Shown here: positions 21,666-38,802 of the stretch, one piece after another | How positions within the stretch are numbered: position 1 is the stretch's first letter | How the letters are laid out: every line of letters begins with the position of its first letter | From: Intoshia linei | Lineage: Eukaryota > Animalia > Orthonectida | NCBI GenBank assembly: GCA_001642005.1 | Contig: LWCA01000224.1 | Coordinates: 1 to 38,802 of the forward strand | Direction of reading: 5' to 3' | Length of the DNA: 38,802 nt | Position numbers and translations under genes: made by a program | Notes under the pieces: generated by a model | The model's database searches: none | What the model saw: the letters and a program-made list of their open reading frames with translations, nothing else | Told to the model about the DNA's origin: nothing

Positions 21666-24600
21666 TTAGGTAGAGATCAATATATTGTCTAATCGTTTTT
21701 CATGCATACTCATGTCTAATACTGTAATATTTTTATATGGATTGTAATTGTCTTTCAAAAAATCCTAAATTAATAATGTATACTAAAAATAAACTAAAAT
21801 ACGTGAGCATATGATATTCCTTTTTTCTTTTCCGCTGGAGATGCATTTTTGCCTTTTATAACATAAAGAGAAAATGCTTTGTCCAATATGAAAACATCCT
21901 AATTTGACAGTTATCAACGTTTTAATTTAGATATTATATAATTTATTTTGTAATATATAAACTGGATTCCAGTTACTGGAATAACTCACATCGTCATTGA
22001 TATCACATTTTTCTATATCCTCATTTTCTTTTACTTTCTCTACAATCATATTTCCACTGTCATCAGATATTCTAATTTTTTAAAAGGTATGTATAAAAAT
22101 TATGACACGTAATAACAATATCACGTGTAAAAACATAAATACAATAAAAAGTATAATAATACATTTGAAAATTGAATATTACTTGTATAAAACTGTACCG
22201 CGATCTTCTTGAGTATTTGAATCTCTATCGGATTCATGTAATTCGTCATCCAATAATTTGAAGAAATTCTAAATTTAACAAATGTATATAATGTAATTAA
22301 GACCATATCTGTGAAATATGGACCGGAACGTTACGAACCCTGCCTTATATGCGGTAAATTAATATTTATAGCATTTATAAATAAAAACTAAATACATAGT
22401 ATTTAATATTACTTTATTTTCGCTGGGATCATCATCGATAACACAAGATGAAGCGTTTCTTTCTAATTTTAATTCTCCAATAAACCTCATAGCCTAAGAA
22501 TGAAATATTGAATTCTTTTATTTTTTTTATCATACCTTTATTTTTTCGTCTTTATTACAATCAATACCATTCCACTGAATCAACTCCTTGCCTTGATCCA
22601 AAATATAAATATCATCGTGTTTAATTAGTTGAGCACATTTTGGTATCTATTTATGGTTTAAAATGTTTATAATAATATATAAATATTTATGTATGTTATA
22701 TATTATAACGGTAAGATATTTTAGTGAGTTATTATAATAATACACATTGTAAAATAAAAAATATTTAGCAGGTGTTAAAAAAAGTAAGAAATGAAGTCAG
22801 AATTTAATAAAATATAATTGATAAAATCATATATGTCGGGATTTAATTTGTTTAGATTTAGTAAAATATTTTAACAGTCCTTACTATGGACTCCTTGTTA
22901 ATTTAAAACAAACATACCTGTCTAACAATTATACTATCCTTATTTCCAGAAAAATGTAATAAACGTGGGATATATTCCTTTGGTTCAACATGATTAAACC
23001 CGCTTTCAGTACCTCCTTCCATTATTCTAATTATTACATTATTATTAATTATTATTAAAATGTAAGTTAATATTAACAATAATATAAGTAAATTTATTAT
23101 AATAGATTAATGAGATTTTAAGAAATAATTGGTTTAATTAGAACAGAAAATATTATTTTGTAGGTTTTCTCAAAATTCAGAAATACACTAAGCGACCAGT
23201 TTTGACAGTTTGAACGCAGACACACTCATTTCATGTATATAATTTAGAAGAATTTGTAAAATTTTAAATTTAATGTGACATTAATGTACTGTAAAGATAT
23301 TTTCGATGAATTTTTTTGTCACCTTAGTATATTTCTCAGTCGTAAATTTTACAAACGCTCTACTAGGGGTTTATATTTTTGCATAATATCATTAGGGTTA
23401 TAAATTTACTTAAAAGCTTTAAAATAGCTAATGAACAAATTGCTTTCGTAATTTTGTACTTCTCTGTGTTGAACGGGCAAACCATCCAATAAATTGTCCA
23501 GTTCAACTGTCTTATAAGCCGCAGTTCCATATTCATCCTAAAATGATAACCTGTTAGCAAATTGAAAAATTTTTAAACCTTGTCAATACAATTAAAGTAG
23601 TAGTAATTTTATCACAGAAACCGTCTATAGCGTTTCGAATTGAGAATCTCGAACCATTGGATCAGAAATACTGGTTTAAATTTATAAAATTTTAGTTTTG
23701 AAATTTAGTTTCATTTTTTATTTTAAATTAGCAAATTACAACATTACAAAAACATAAAATATGAAAATTAATAAAAATTAATAAATATAATTAAATATTT
23801 TAATTGTAGTCTTAATTGTTTTAACGGCTCGCGGGTATTTATTTATTCATTATTTATATTATAATTATGAATACCATATAATAATTAATTATGCTATTGT
23901 GGTAAAGGATGAGGTCAGTGTATATTATAGATCAGTGTTTCTCAACCTTTTTTTAGAATCGTTCTCTAATCTAAAACTAAACACATTTTTTTTAATTGCC
24001 CCTCTATAATAATGAATTATAATTTAATATACAAAATGATATATTTTTACATCTATATTGATTATATTGATATAAGTTTTCTATATTGAGTGTTTCTTAA
24101 TTTTTTTCAAGAATTAATCAAATTAAGAAAAATTTTAGATTTCTATTAATAAAATTTAATCGTAATACATATAGTATATAATATTTTAATCTTAAGAAAA
24201 ATTTTAAATTATGTATTTTGATAAATAATAAAGAAAAACCCCCACAAGATACGATTCGTCCACCGTTGAGAATGACTGTGCTAAATAATTGGTTGACTAA
24301 GGCTTTAAGGTTTAACTATATATATGTATATAACACATTACACTATTATATTTAATTACCCATTACCTGTGTACTATATTTTCCAATCCAAAAATGAATA
24401 TCGTATTCATAAGCTGTATTTGGTTCTTCTTGATAACACTAAGTATTAATATATGTGTTATTATGTTTATTATATTATAGTATATTATTATGTTATTATT
24501 CATATACTATACAGAAGGGGTTCTCAACCTTTTTAAACAACGCCCCATTCCACAATCATTAATAAATTTCTAAATCAACTATGATAAAATGAACTATAAT

Positions 24601-27600
24601 TTTTATACATCAATAATAATTGAAAAAAAGGTAAATAATTTTTATTTATTTCCAATTGATTCTTGCTCCTGGTGATTCAGTGTCAACTCCTTAATTTTTG
24701 GTTTTATGCTGGTTAATTTAATGACACTATCTACTTTTGATATATATTAATTTTGTTTCTATCTTTACTCAATATTTTGTTTATAAAACTGAATCCACTT
24801 TCAATCACGTAATATGTTAGAAAACATAATAATATCTTTGACATGGCTCAAATCCCAATAATAAAAAATACATAAGGGCAAAAATTTTGTTGTTAACAAT
24901 ATCAAAAATAATTTATTTTAAATTTTTAATAATATTGGTTGCAGCACCCCTAAATTTTGTAAACGTCTCCTGAGGCGCTAACGCCCACGTTGAGAACCAT
25001 TGCTATACATTATTATCTCTCTTTATTTGATTATAATTATTATATAAATGTCGTTATTAGCTATTCGCTTTTATTTGAACACATTTTGCCGAGTTTTCCA
25101 CTATAAGTAGACAAGTCTATAATTTTAAAAGAGCATTGCCGTAGTAGACACAATACTGTACATGAAAAATCTGATATACGAACTATTTTTATAAAATCCT
25201 TACTTATGTGGATTCAAAGCTGCTAAAAATGTGTGTCTGTCGTTGAAACCAATTATTTGAAACTGAGAGTCTCAGAAATTTAGAAACACAAATCCAAAGT
25301 CAGTTATTTTCGATGAAGCGAGTAAGTTAAAAATTGTAAAAACCAAAGTACTAGAATTTAAAAAAAATTTATAGTCAATACCCTTTTAACATACAAAAAA
25401 ATTTTAAGTCTACTGAATTAACCTCATGAGTCAAAAAAGGACTTTACAATTTATTTTTTTATTTAAAATGTTAATACATTAATCATCTGTTAATAAATGT
25501 AGTAAATAATATTTGCTGACTAATTCTTTACGAAAATTATTGAGAGGACCACTGGTTAATAATCAGTTTTTATCAACCCCTCATTACAGAATTTTACTAT
25601 AATAACTACATATTATACAATATTATACTTGTACTATAATATATTTTTTATTGTTAGTTGTGATACTATTACAATTATTAAATATATTAATGATATTATT
25701 TACATTCATTATAATGTATGAATCTCCATTGTAGAATTCTCCAAATTCTGATTCTTTCATTGAAGCAACTTTAAATTGCTATAAATAATATATTACGTTT
25801 TGTGGTTATTCAGTTATATTATTGATGATTATTAATAATAGTTGTGTTAATATTAATAATAACCGTTAAAATAGAATTATAACATGGATAGTTTCAACGA
25901 TGTACTTTCTAAATAGCCAGAACCGAACCTACCAATCTTGAGATCACCGAAAATGCAAAATATGAATAGGCCATCAAAAACTTTCTTAAACGAAATTAAG
26001 TATCATCCACTAACCATCTCTTAAAAACTTGAATTTAACCAGACATGATATTTTTAATTTAACACACAAAATAATGATATTCCATAATATAATTTTTAAT
26101 GCTCAATTTGAAAAAATGATATCAAATTTTATCAAATTTTTGTCGAACCTCCTCAGAGGATTCTGGGGTAAAGTATGCTCGTCATTCTGAATCGCCATCT
26201 TCAAAAATATTGCAAAAATCATCGTAATATCGGATATTTTTAGTAATACAGAAAGTGAAAAAACATATTTTTTTATAGTGGAATCAAAGTATATTGAGGG
26301 ATCTAAGATTTACTTTTTAAGAAACAGTTTATATGTTATGTTAGTATAAATAATAAAATCTAGGCTTGTAATTTTAGTATAATTTAGCTTATTTTGTAAA
26401 TAAAATTGTGTAATCAAGATTTACCAATCGTGATTTTAAATCTAATAAATCAATAAAAAAGTAATAAAAATTGAATGTAACTTTCAAAAAAATATTAGTT
26501 TTTGAAAAAGGTGATTTCAAAATTTCTTGTATGAAAATTGTGTTATCCATGCTGTGACTTAATCAATATTTAACCTGGAATTGATTCAGATTTTATTTAT
26601 TTCGATAAAAACCTAATTTATTGAAATTATTTTTGGAATCTGTGTGATAATTTCTTAAGAAATTAATTTTTTAAGAAAAATAAATTTGTAAATTGTTAGC
26701 ACTAATACTTTTCAAATTAATTGAATTAAATATATTTTCGGACAAATTTGTATGTATCTGAGGTACTCAATTTTTTAAAATGAAATTTGCGATAAAAGAT
26801 CACTTTCGAAAAACTGTAATAGAAATATTGAATTTTTAAAACTCGCCATCTTACATTTTTAAATAAACTGGAACAGACAAATAGACAAATTAATAAACAA
26901 ACATACGTTTTCATGTAAATCATTCTAAATAAGTTATGATTTAATTTCTATATATGCTTGTTACTGTTTAATTAAAAAAGTATGCGTCGTAGAATTTAAT
27001 ATAGTTAATATAATATTAATAATATTTAATCCCAATTTCTAATACAGTTTTTCGAAATGGAGGTTTTATCGCACATTTTATTCTTAGAAATTGACACCAT
27101 CGGGTTAAAATTAAAATCTAAATTACCCTTTTTTTATATGAAAAAGAATTTTTATAATTTGAAAAAACATAAATTCTGGTATGAACAGTTTTTGAATAAG
27201 TTTTAATCTGCAACAAGATATTGTTTATATTAAAATAAATTGTGTGAATTTAAATTTCATGGCGGAGACGAGCACGAGAACCCTTATATTGGAACAATAT
27301 TTTTAGGTTAAAAGTGCTCACAATGATATTTATCGTTATTTTTATGTAGGTTGTTTTTTGGAGATAATTAATGGTAACTAACATGTTTTGTATACATTGA
27401 AGCCGTTAAAAAAAAGTTTTTTTTCATGGGCACAGCTAGTAATTGTGCCGGAAAAAAAACCTTGACAAAATTCCCGGGATTTTTACGATTTCCCCGATTT
27501 CCCGAAAAAAATTGAAACATAGCTGTATTTGATTTATGTTTGTTATTACTATGAAAATATGATTATATTATAATATTTAAAATTTAAAATTCCCATTACC

Positions 27601-29286
27601 ATTTCAAAAATCCCACCACTAATAAAATTTAATCAAAAATACTATTTCAAGCCCTCATGGAAAAATTGTCTTACACCGATATTCTTTTCAAAAATCCGAT
27701 TTTACGAAATCTTATGAAAAAATCCACTTCATCAAACCACAAATTACTAACACTTAAAGGAATTGTCCTCTTTTTCCAATATTATTTTGAAAAATATAAT
27801 GAGTTGTTACAAATTGGAACGCTATCATCAAGATTGTTAAAATTAAAGGAAGCCCTTATGACCATTCAACCTACGTCAACACAAAATGAAAGAAATTTCT
27901 CTACTGGTTCTAATTTTGTTACAAAACGTAGAACGCGTTTTAAAGACGAATCTATCAATATTATATGTGTTTTGAAACACTTTTTCAATAATCTAAAATA
28001 AATAAATTTTTTTCTAATTAAATTTGTAAATTTCAATCTAGATTCGTGTTATTTCATTAATTAAATTTATTTTTGTTTCTAAAATTAATTAATGTCTCTA
28101 AAATTTTCAATGCTTCTATATTATGTATAAATAAAAAAATTTTATTTTTCACGAGAAATTAAAAATTAAATTTTCCGGTTTTCGACTTTTGTCATTTTCC
28201 GGTAAATCACAATCACTAGGCACAGCATGTAGGCCGTATAAGTGTAATAAAAATTGTCAATTCATAAAAAACGTTTGATATATTGTTTTGTGTTTATTTT
28301 ATACTCCATTTATTGATGGTAATGAGCTTAATATTATAATGTATCATTAGTGCATCAGTCATAATCAAACGGTTTTATCCCACTCGGAAGCTGAAATTAG
28401 CATTCTATCAACTATCAATATAGTTAATTGGTATTATATGGTCATGTAGTCGTCGAATTCATTTGATTAATTAATTTAAATTACTATTTAACACTTTTTT
28501 ATCAGTGATAAATTATCACAAATTTATACAAAATAAATATTAAAAGTATCAATGTTAACAGAATGCTTACAAATATAAAAAGTACATACAAGATTAAAGT
28601 ATAAATAAAAACCGATTGCACATAAAATGTATATTTTACATAAAATTGAATTGATTAATGAAAATTAAAACCCAATTTTGTCAACATTCACAGGTTAATT
28701 TATTAAATTTTGAATAATGCCACTATTTTAATATCAATAAATATACAAATTATCAGAGTAAATAGATTTACACTGTACATTGTACATTTAAAGTTAAACT
28801 ACAAGTATAAAGCATGTATCATTTGCACAGATGTATAATGGTGCGATACTTACGGCTCTATGTATACAATGAAATGATAAATTACAATTGGTGGGTAAAT
28901 AATGTATCAAGTTTTATATAACCTTAGATTTTGTAAATTTTAAGGGTAGGTGTTTCCAACAGTTTAAAAATTAAATATCTTAAAATTTTAAAATTTAATA
29001 ACTCAAACTTATGACTAAACATGTTTTTTAAATTAAAACTTGACGAACCTTAATTCTCCATACAGTACAACCAAGTTTTCCTTTAATTCTATCCCAAGCC
29101 GTTTCAGTTTGAGCTGATTCCTCTGAATAAATAAATATAATACTATTTCATAAAATATATTACTTTTTACGAGTTTGTCCATTTCAGACCCAAAATCAGA
29201 CAAATTGCTGTCTTTCCAATCGTATGTCTTTCCTTTTCTTAGCCCTACTTTACAGTTAACTATTTTTTGAAAATTTAACCTGTCAT
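21666..29286 (-). CDS. Gelsolin-like protein (three-domain severin/fragmin-type actin modulator), 13 exons
   Basis: Exons 29286-29280, 29244-29164, 29122-29049, 25778-25704, 24438-24367, 23537-23410, 23026-22918, 22646-22536, 22493-22413, 22268-22183, 22071-21990, 21898-21803, 21764-21666. Protein [117 protein letters not shown]. Confidence 0.95.
23933..24278. mobile_element. hAT/Buster MITE in gelsolin intron
   Basis: Ends CAGTGTTTCTCAAC ... GTTGAGAATGACTG. Flanks TTATAGAT / TGCTAAAT are a degenerate TSD. Confidence 0.65.
24515..25002. mobile_element. hAT/Buster MITE in gelsolin intron
   Basis: Ends AAGGGGTTCTCAAC ... GTTGAGAACCATTG. TSD CTATACAG / CTATACAT. Confidence 0.75.
25196..25480 (+). 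mobile_element. Helitron-like 5' fragment
   Basis: ATCCTTACTTAT..GCTAAAAATGTGTGTCTG..AAAACTGAGAGTCTCAGAAATTTA parallels 9878-9980. Confidence 0.55.
26560..27200. mobile_element. Two divergently oriented Helitron-like fragments
   Basis: GCGATAAAA..TTCGAAAAACTGTA(A)TAGAAAT (about 26789-26827) is the reverse complement of ATTTCTAATACAGTTTTTCGAA..TTTTATCGC (about 27036-27072). The same motif occurs at 1-40. Confidence 0.5.
27437..28218 (+). mobile_element. Internally deleted hAT transposon retaining the C-terminal dimerisation-domain ORF (27657-28001)
   Basis: Perfect 8-bp TSD GGCACAGC (27429-27436, 28219-28226). TIRs TAGTAATTGTG / CACAATCACTA, with subterminal TTCC(C/G)G repeats. ORF contains [29 protein letters not shown] (hATC signature). 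Confidence 0.92.
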
Positions 29287-31664
29287 TTAAAGTAGCAATA
29301 TTATTAAAATATAAAAATATTATTTATCTTTGTTAAAAGGTTAATACTCTTATAATCCAAATAAATAAAACATTTTGAAACTTATCAGAGTTTCTATGTT
29401 TACACTATTCATCTTATATTATATAATTCTGTTTAGTTATATGTTTATTAACATATTGAGTTTAGAATTTAATATATTATGTAATTTTAGTTAAAATCGT
29501 AATTTGTATGTTCTTTTATATCAAAAAAGTCGATATAAAGTGCAATGGCTCTGATTTACCAACATCAAAATCAATTTAATATAACTTGACATGGCTAATA
29601 TGTAAATTGTACAATATACATATTTTTTATACTTATATTCTTGAATTAAAAATATCAAATATCATTCACATTTAATGTATATAAGATTTTTGATAATTAT
29701 AAAGTAAAACTATACGATGCAGTAAGTAAGTCAAGTAAGTCACAACCTTTTTCGTTTACACTTTACTGTCCATCCAAGACTATTTTTACATAGTTTTTGA
29801 TGTCTATTTTCAAAGCTAATAAATAATATTATAATAATAATTAATGAACGATAAAGGTTTTTCAGTTGTCACAATAGTTGGCTTTATTAGTGGCGAACTC
29901 AAAAACAGTTCGATATCATTTATTCTCAATTGTGAGATTTTGATAGCATTTCAATTCATTGTCATATTAATTTGTGGTTATAAAGTGAATTTATATTGGT
30001 AATTGATAAATTGGTTATATTTTAACCTATTATCAATCAAGCGTGCCATTTTCAAATTGAATGCTAATTATGAAAAAGCCAACATATTCAGACAGTTTTT
30101 GTTTTTAGTCAGATGTATTTTAGGCACTATAATATAAAACAAATCAATATTTTTTACCGTTTTTTAATTTCCTAACATTTGAATAATAAGTATAAGTATA
30201 ATTAATCACTCCAATTCTAATGCCACAGGGTAAATTGAAAAAATTTCATAATTTGACATTTTTTATATTTTATTTTTCACATACACCAATTTACATCAAG
30301 TGGTAAATAATTATATTTTTTAAATTTTATTTCAGACTAAAATAGGTCGATCAAAGCTGTCAATCATTAAAATGTGGTTATAATTATGATTAACTATGAA
30401 TAATTAACCTTACTGTTATGTACTTAGTACAAACAGCATTAATTTTACCAAAAAAGTAAATTCAATAATAATGATACTATTTACTATTACCAATCCTTTA
30501 AAGAAGTTGTTCCCAAACTTATTTCACCACGGATCGATCATTTTACATTACCTTATATTAATATAGAATGACCTATTGCCACCTAATTGTATTTTGTCAA
30601 TATTGGCGTAAAGAATTTTAAAAACAATTGTTATCCCATTTTGTTAATTTATTAGACAGAATGTGCGTTTAATATTAAAAATAAAGTAAAAATAGTCCAA
30701 TCCTAAAAATTTTTATAAATAGCATAAATTCGATAAAAAATAAAATTATAAAAACCTATTTTGTCATTTTCAATCTTATTTCGATAAGTAAACAATACTT
30801 TTATCAATAATTAATGGACTCAGCATTTTACAACCATATTTCGGCTTAATTATACCAAGATTAAAATAAATATATTAATGATAATAAAAACTTATACATC
30901 AAGTTATTCTAAACTTGAAAATGAAAAACCGAAGGAATTAATTTATGAGATTTACTTATATTTCTTCATTGAAATACATGTATTTTAGACGTTCAATTTA
31001 CTTTTTTTAATTGTAGGATGAATATATACATTTTTAATTTTAATTAAAAATTTAAAAAATATTGGCTGATATGATATTAAAAGTTTTTTTGATCGTGAAA
31101 ACGTAATTTTTTGAGGTTGAAATTTTTTATCTACGTCAAATTGAATAAATTATAAAACACATAAAATCTTTATTTAAATTCTGGCACCATTAATTATTTC
31201 AAATTTTTTGTTATAATGAAATGAATAACAAATAAAAAATTGAATACAAAAGTGTTTTTTTCACTGTGAAAGCATCACTTTGTGATATTAAAATTTTTGT
31301 GTGTGTTTAAATCTACTGTATCAGCTCTAATGTTTTTTTAAATTCTGAACTATTTTCTTTTTAAAAAAAATGTAATGTGAGGTTTTGATCGTACAAAGAT
31401 ACTTTTTTGAGGGTGCGATTTATTATAATGATCATAGTTTTAAAAACTATACCACAATTCATGTTGTATAAAATTTTAACACAAAGACATTCAATTTTAC
31501 ATTGTATATAGGTAAAAGATATAAATACATGTATGATTATAGTCATTATTAATATCATTAGTTAAAAATGATTATATAAAAATACAAACGTAATTATACG
31601 TGTAAAAGTATAATTAAATTTATTTTTGAAAAGTATTTACACATTATTATCAGGTTAAGTAATT

Positions 31665-36583
<4,919 letters not shown>

Positions 36584-36667
36584 CTACACATACAGTATTA
36601 ATCAAACTGAAATGAAAACTGTTTTAATATACATATCTATGTATATGTAAATTAATATAATAATTAA

Positions 36668-37104
36668 CAGGGATTGGAAATAATTGATTGCAATCAATTA
36701 TTTTGTATAAACCAATTTATTTTTTGCTAAATATTAATTGGTTTTTTTCATAAAACTGAAAACATATAAATTGATTCCTTTTATTAGCGAACGGTTGGAT
36801 GAAAAAATTAATTAATGAACAGAAAAATGATGTATTTAACCTACTAGCTTGACTTTTATGTACTTTGAACAAACAGCATCCTAATATTTATTATAACCAC
36901 ACGATAGTTTTTTAAAAATAATTATTATTTATTATCAATCTTCAATTAATTGAAATTTTTTATTTTTCATAAATCGATTAATTGGAATATATTTTTTCAT
37001 TTTTCAATTAATGGCAAAAAATTCAATTAATTAAAAAATAATTTTAGAACAAACAATTAATTGATTATTTTTAAAAAATTTTTACCAATTAATTCTAATC
37101 CCTG
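36668..37104. mobile_element. hAT MITE
   Basis: 19-bp TIRs CAGGGATTGGAAATAATTG / CAATTAATTCTAATCCCTG (2 mismatches). Perfect TSD ATAATTAA. Many internal (C)AATTAATTG repeats. Confidence 0.85.
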
Positions 37105-37485
37105 ATAATTAATAACGTTAATATTATAATAATATATAATAATTAATATAACGTAAATACGTATACTAATGTATACGTATACGTATAATGTAATATAACA
37201 AATGAATACAGTGTCCCTCAGAAATTATCCAATGTGTTAAAAATTTAATCCAGTTTTCAATGAACGGATACAGGTGAAAAAAAATTCATTTAAGTTTTAT
37301 AAGAGAAAAAGATAATTCAAACTTATTACAAATAAAACATAATAAATAAAAAAATGTAATTAAAATAAGCTAATATTTTTAAATAGTAAATTATGTCAAA
37401 TTTGATTCAAAGGCCACTAACTTTTTTAATTGACTTTTTTAACTGGATGAACTCGAAAAATAAATGATACATGTAATGTGTAATG

Positions 37486-37812
37486 CAGGGGTCGGAAACC
37501 AGTGGCCCGCGGGCCAAAATTGACCAACAGAATAATTTTGGTGGCCCTCTGAGTAAATGTGTAAATTATTTATATTTATATTTTTCAACTTTAAAACACC
37601 TTTTAAACATTTTCTACTATAATTGGCTCATTATAATCATTTTAATATTGAATTTTCAGATCATGCCGGATTTTATTTTGTTGAATATACTAGAACTGTT
37701 TCTCTTTAGTTAAAATTGAAATGTAGCATGTGTAAATTTTCAAATACTGGGCTCATATAATTTTTTGATATAAAAAAGTGGCCCACGAGATACAAAATGT
37801 TGCCGACCCTTG
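37486..37812. mobile_element. hAT/Buster MITE
   Basis: Ends CAGGGGTCGGAAAC ... GTTGCCGACCCTTG. Perfect TSD GTGTAATG. Confidence 0.88.
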
Positions 37813-37841
37813 GTGTAATGTAACGTAAAAAAATATGATTA

Positions 37842-38451
37842 TCCTTACTTATATAATATGCGTTGTGTGTGTTAACATTTAATTCAATAACTACCAGTTT
37901 TAGAATTTTGTAAAGTCCGAATTTCGATTACAGTTTTTTCCGGGAGTGTTAGTAAAATAAATTTCAATCTCCCAAACTCACATCTTACGGGACACAAAGA
38001 TCAATTGTCCTTTTTTTTGAAAATCAAACGATTTTAAGAATTTATAAAAAATATACACTTTGATACGGATTTTAAAATCATAAATATTATCATAAATTTA
38101 AATTTAAAAAAAATATATCTTCAGGGCTAAAACGCCAAATTACCTTTTTTATAATAAAAACAATCTTAGAATTAAGAAATTTAATAGTGGTACAGTTGTA
38201 TTCTGTTAACACACACAAAAATTTTCAATCCGAATAAGTGACGCCTTCACTATCAAAAAAGAATTTTAGTATTCCTATATTTTTTTTCCGAAATATTTTA
38301 TTAACAAACAAAAATGTAAATGTAAAAAACAAATGTAAAACACAAAATGTGAAATAATTAACGGTCCAAAAATTAAAAAAAAAATTATTCTGATAGAGCT
38401 TATTCCAGTTGATATAAATACAAAATTTCTACCTCAGAAATCTACGCATTC
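37842..38451 (+). mobile_element. Non-autonomous Helitron-like element, 5' half
   Basis: Begins A|TCCTTACTTATATAA (TC 5' end after A) and continues into sequence homologous to 600-840 (inverted) and 12925-13007. Breaks off at 38451. Confidence 0.7.
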
Positions 38452-38452
38452 G

Positions 38453-38561
38453 TGAGAGATTATACCAACAAAAAATATACAGAAATTAACAAATATTAAT
38501 ACTATTNTGAGAGATTATACCAACAAAAAATATACAGAAATTAACAAATATTAATACTATT
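38453..38561. other. 54-bp exact direct duplication flanking a single N (assembly join)
   Basis: 38453-38506 is identical to 38508-38561, with n at 38507. Confidence 0.9.
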
Positions 38562-38802
38562 ACTTTATTATTATTGGAAAATTGTGCGAGGTTTAGATTG
38601 AAAAAAATTTAAAAAATCTTAGTTACTCAAAAACACATTTTTTTAGTTGAGACGAGATGTAAATTTAACAGCCTACTGTACAACTTAAGTTAAATGTACT
38701 AATACTAATAATTAAGATTTTTTCTACAGGATCACTAAAATTATACCATAAATCACTGGTTGTTGTATCCTGACTTGGACATATCGAAAAGAGAAATAAT
38801 TA

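Noticed and set aside
22121-23560. ORFs 22121-22306 and 23363-23560
   Set aside because: Wrong-frame readings across gelsolin exons.
37148-37190. TATACG palindromic repeats
   Set aside because: Simple microsatellite-like sequence with no further structure.
37483-37713. 76-aa ORF
   Set aside because: Starts in the TSD/TIR of a MITE; non-coding.
38453-38600. Hydrophobic translation VIVLIFVNFCIFFVGII as the cyclase TM exon, and the 54-bp duplication as a biological repeat or CRISPR
   Set aside because: No convincing splice sites, and AT-rich DNA readily gives hydrophobic peptides. The duplication flanks an N and is best explained as an unmerged contig overlap.

Overview
Very AT-rich eukaryotic (animal) genomic DNA with many tiny GT-AG introns (mostly 34-50 nt) and heavy non-autonomous DNA-transposon clutter. 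I spliced genes by hand from the sequence. On + there is a complete CCT5 (chaperonin epsilon) gene. On - there is a co-oriented run of: a 5'-truncated receptor guanylyl cyclase, a three-domain gelsolin-like gene, a decayed hAT-type transposase, an uncharacterised helical+C2-like gene, cyclophilin A, and an extended synaptotagmin (SMP + three C2). The micro-introns and the invertebrate-type gelsolin suggest a reduced spiralian parasite such as the orthonectid Intoshia; this is inference, not verified. The most unusual feature is the cyclophilin/E-Syt junction. Only 59 nt separate the cyclophilin stop from the E-Syt ATG. The spacer has no canonical poly(A) signal but has a U-rich tract ending in an unpaired TTTAG acceptor in frame with E-Syt. 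This points to an operon resolved by trans-splicing, a shared first exon, or a fusion transcript. Large introns and intergenic DNA hold hAT/Buster MITEs with 8-bp target-site duplications (TSDs), a piggyBac-type MITE, Helitron-like fragments and transposase relics. Most short ORFs in the supplied track are exon fragments, antisense shadows or repeat-derived.
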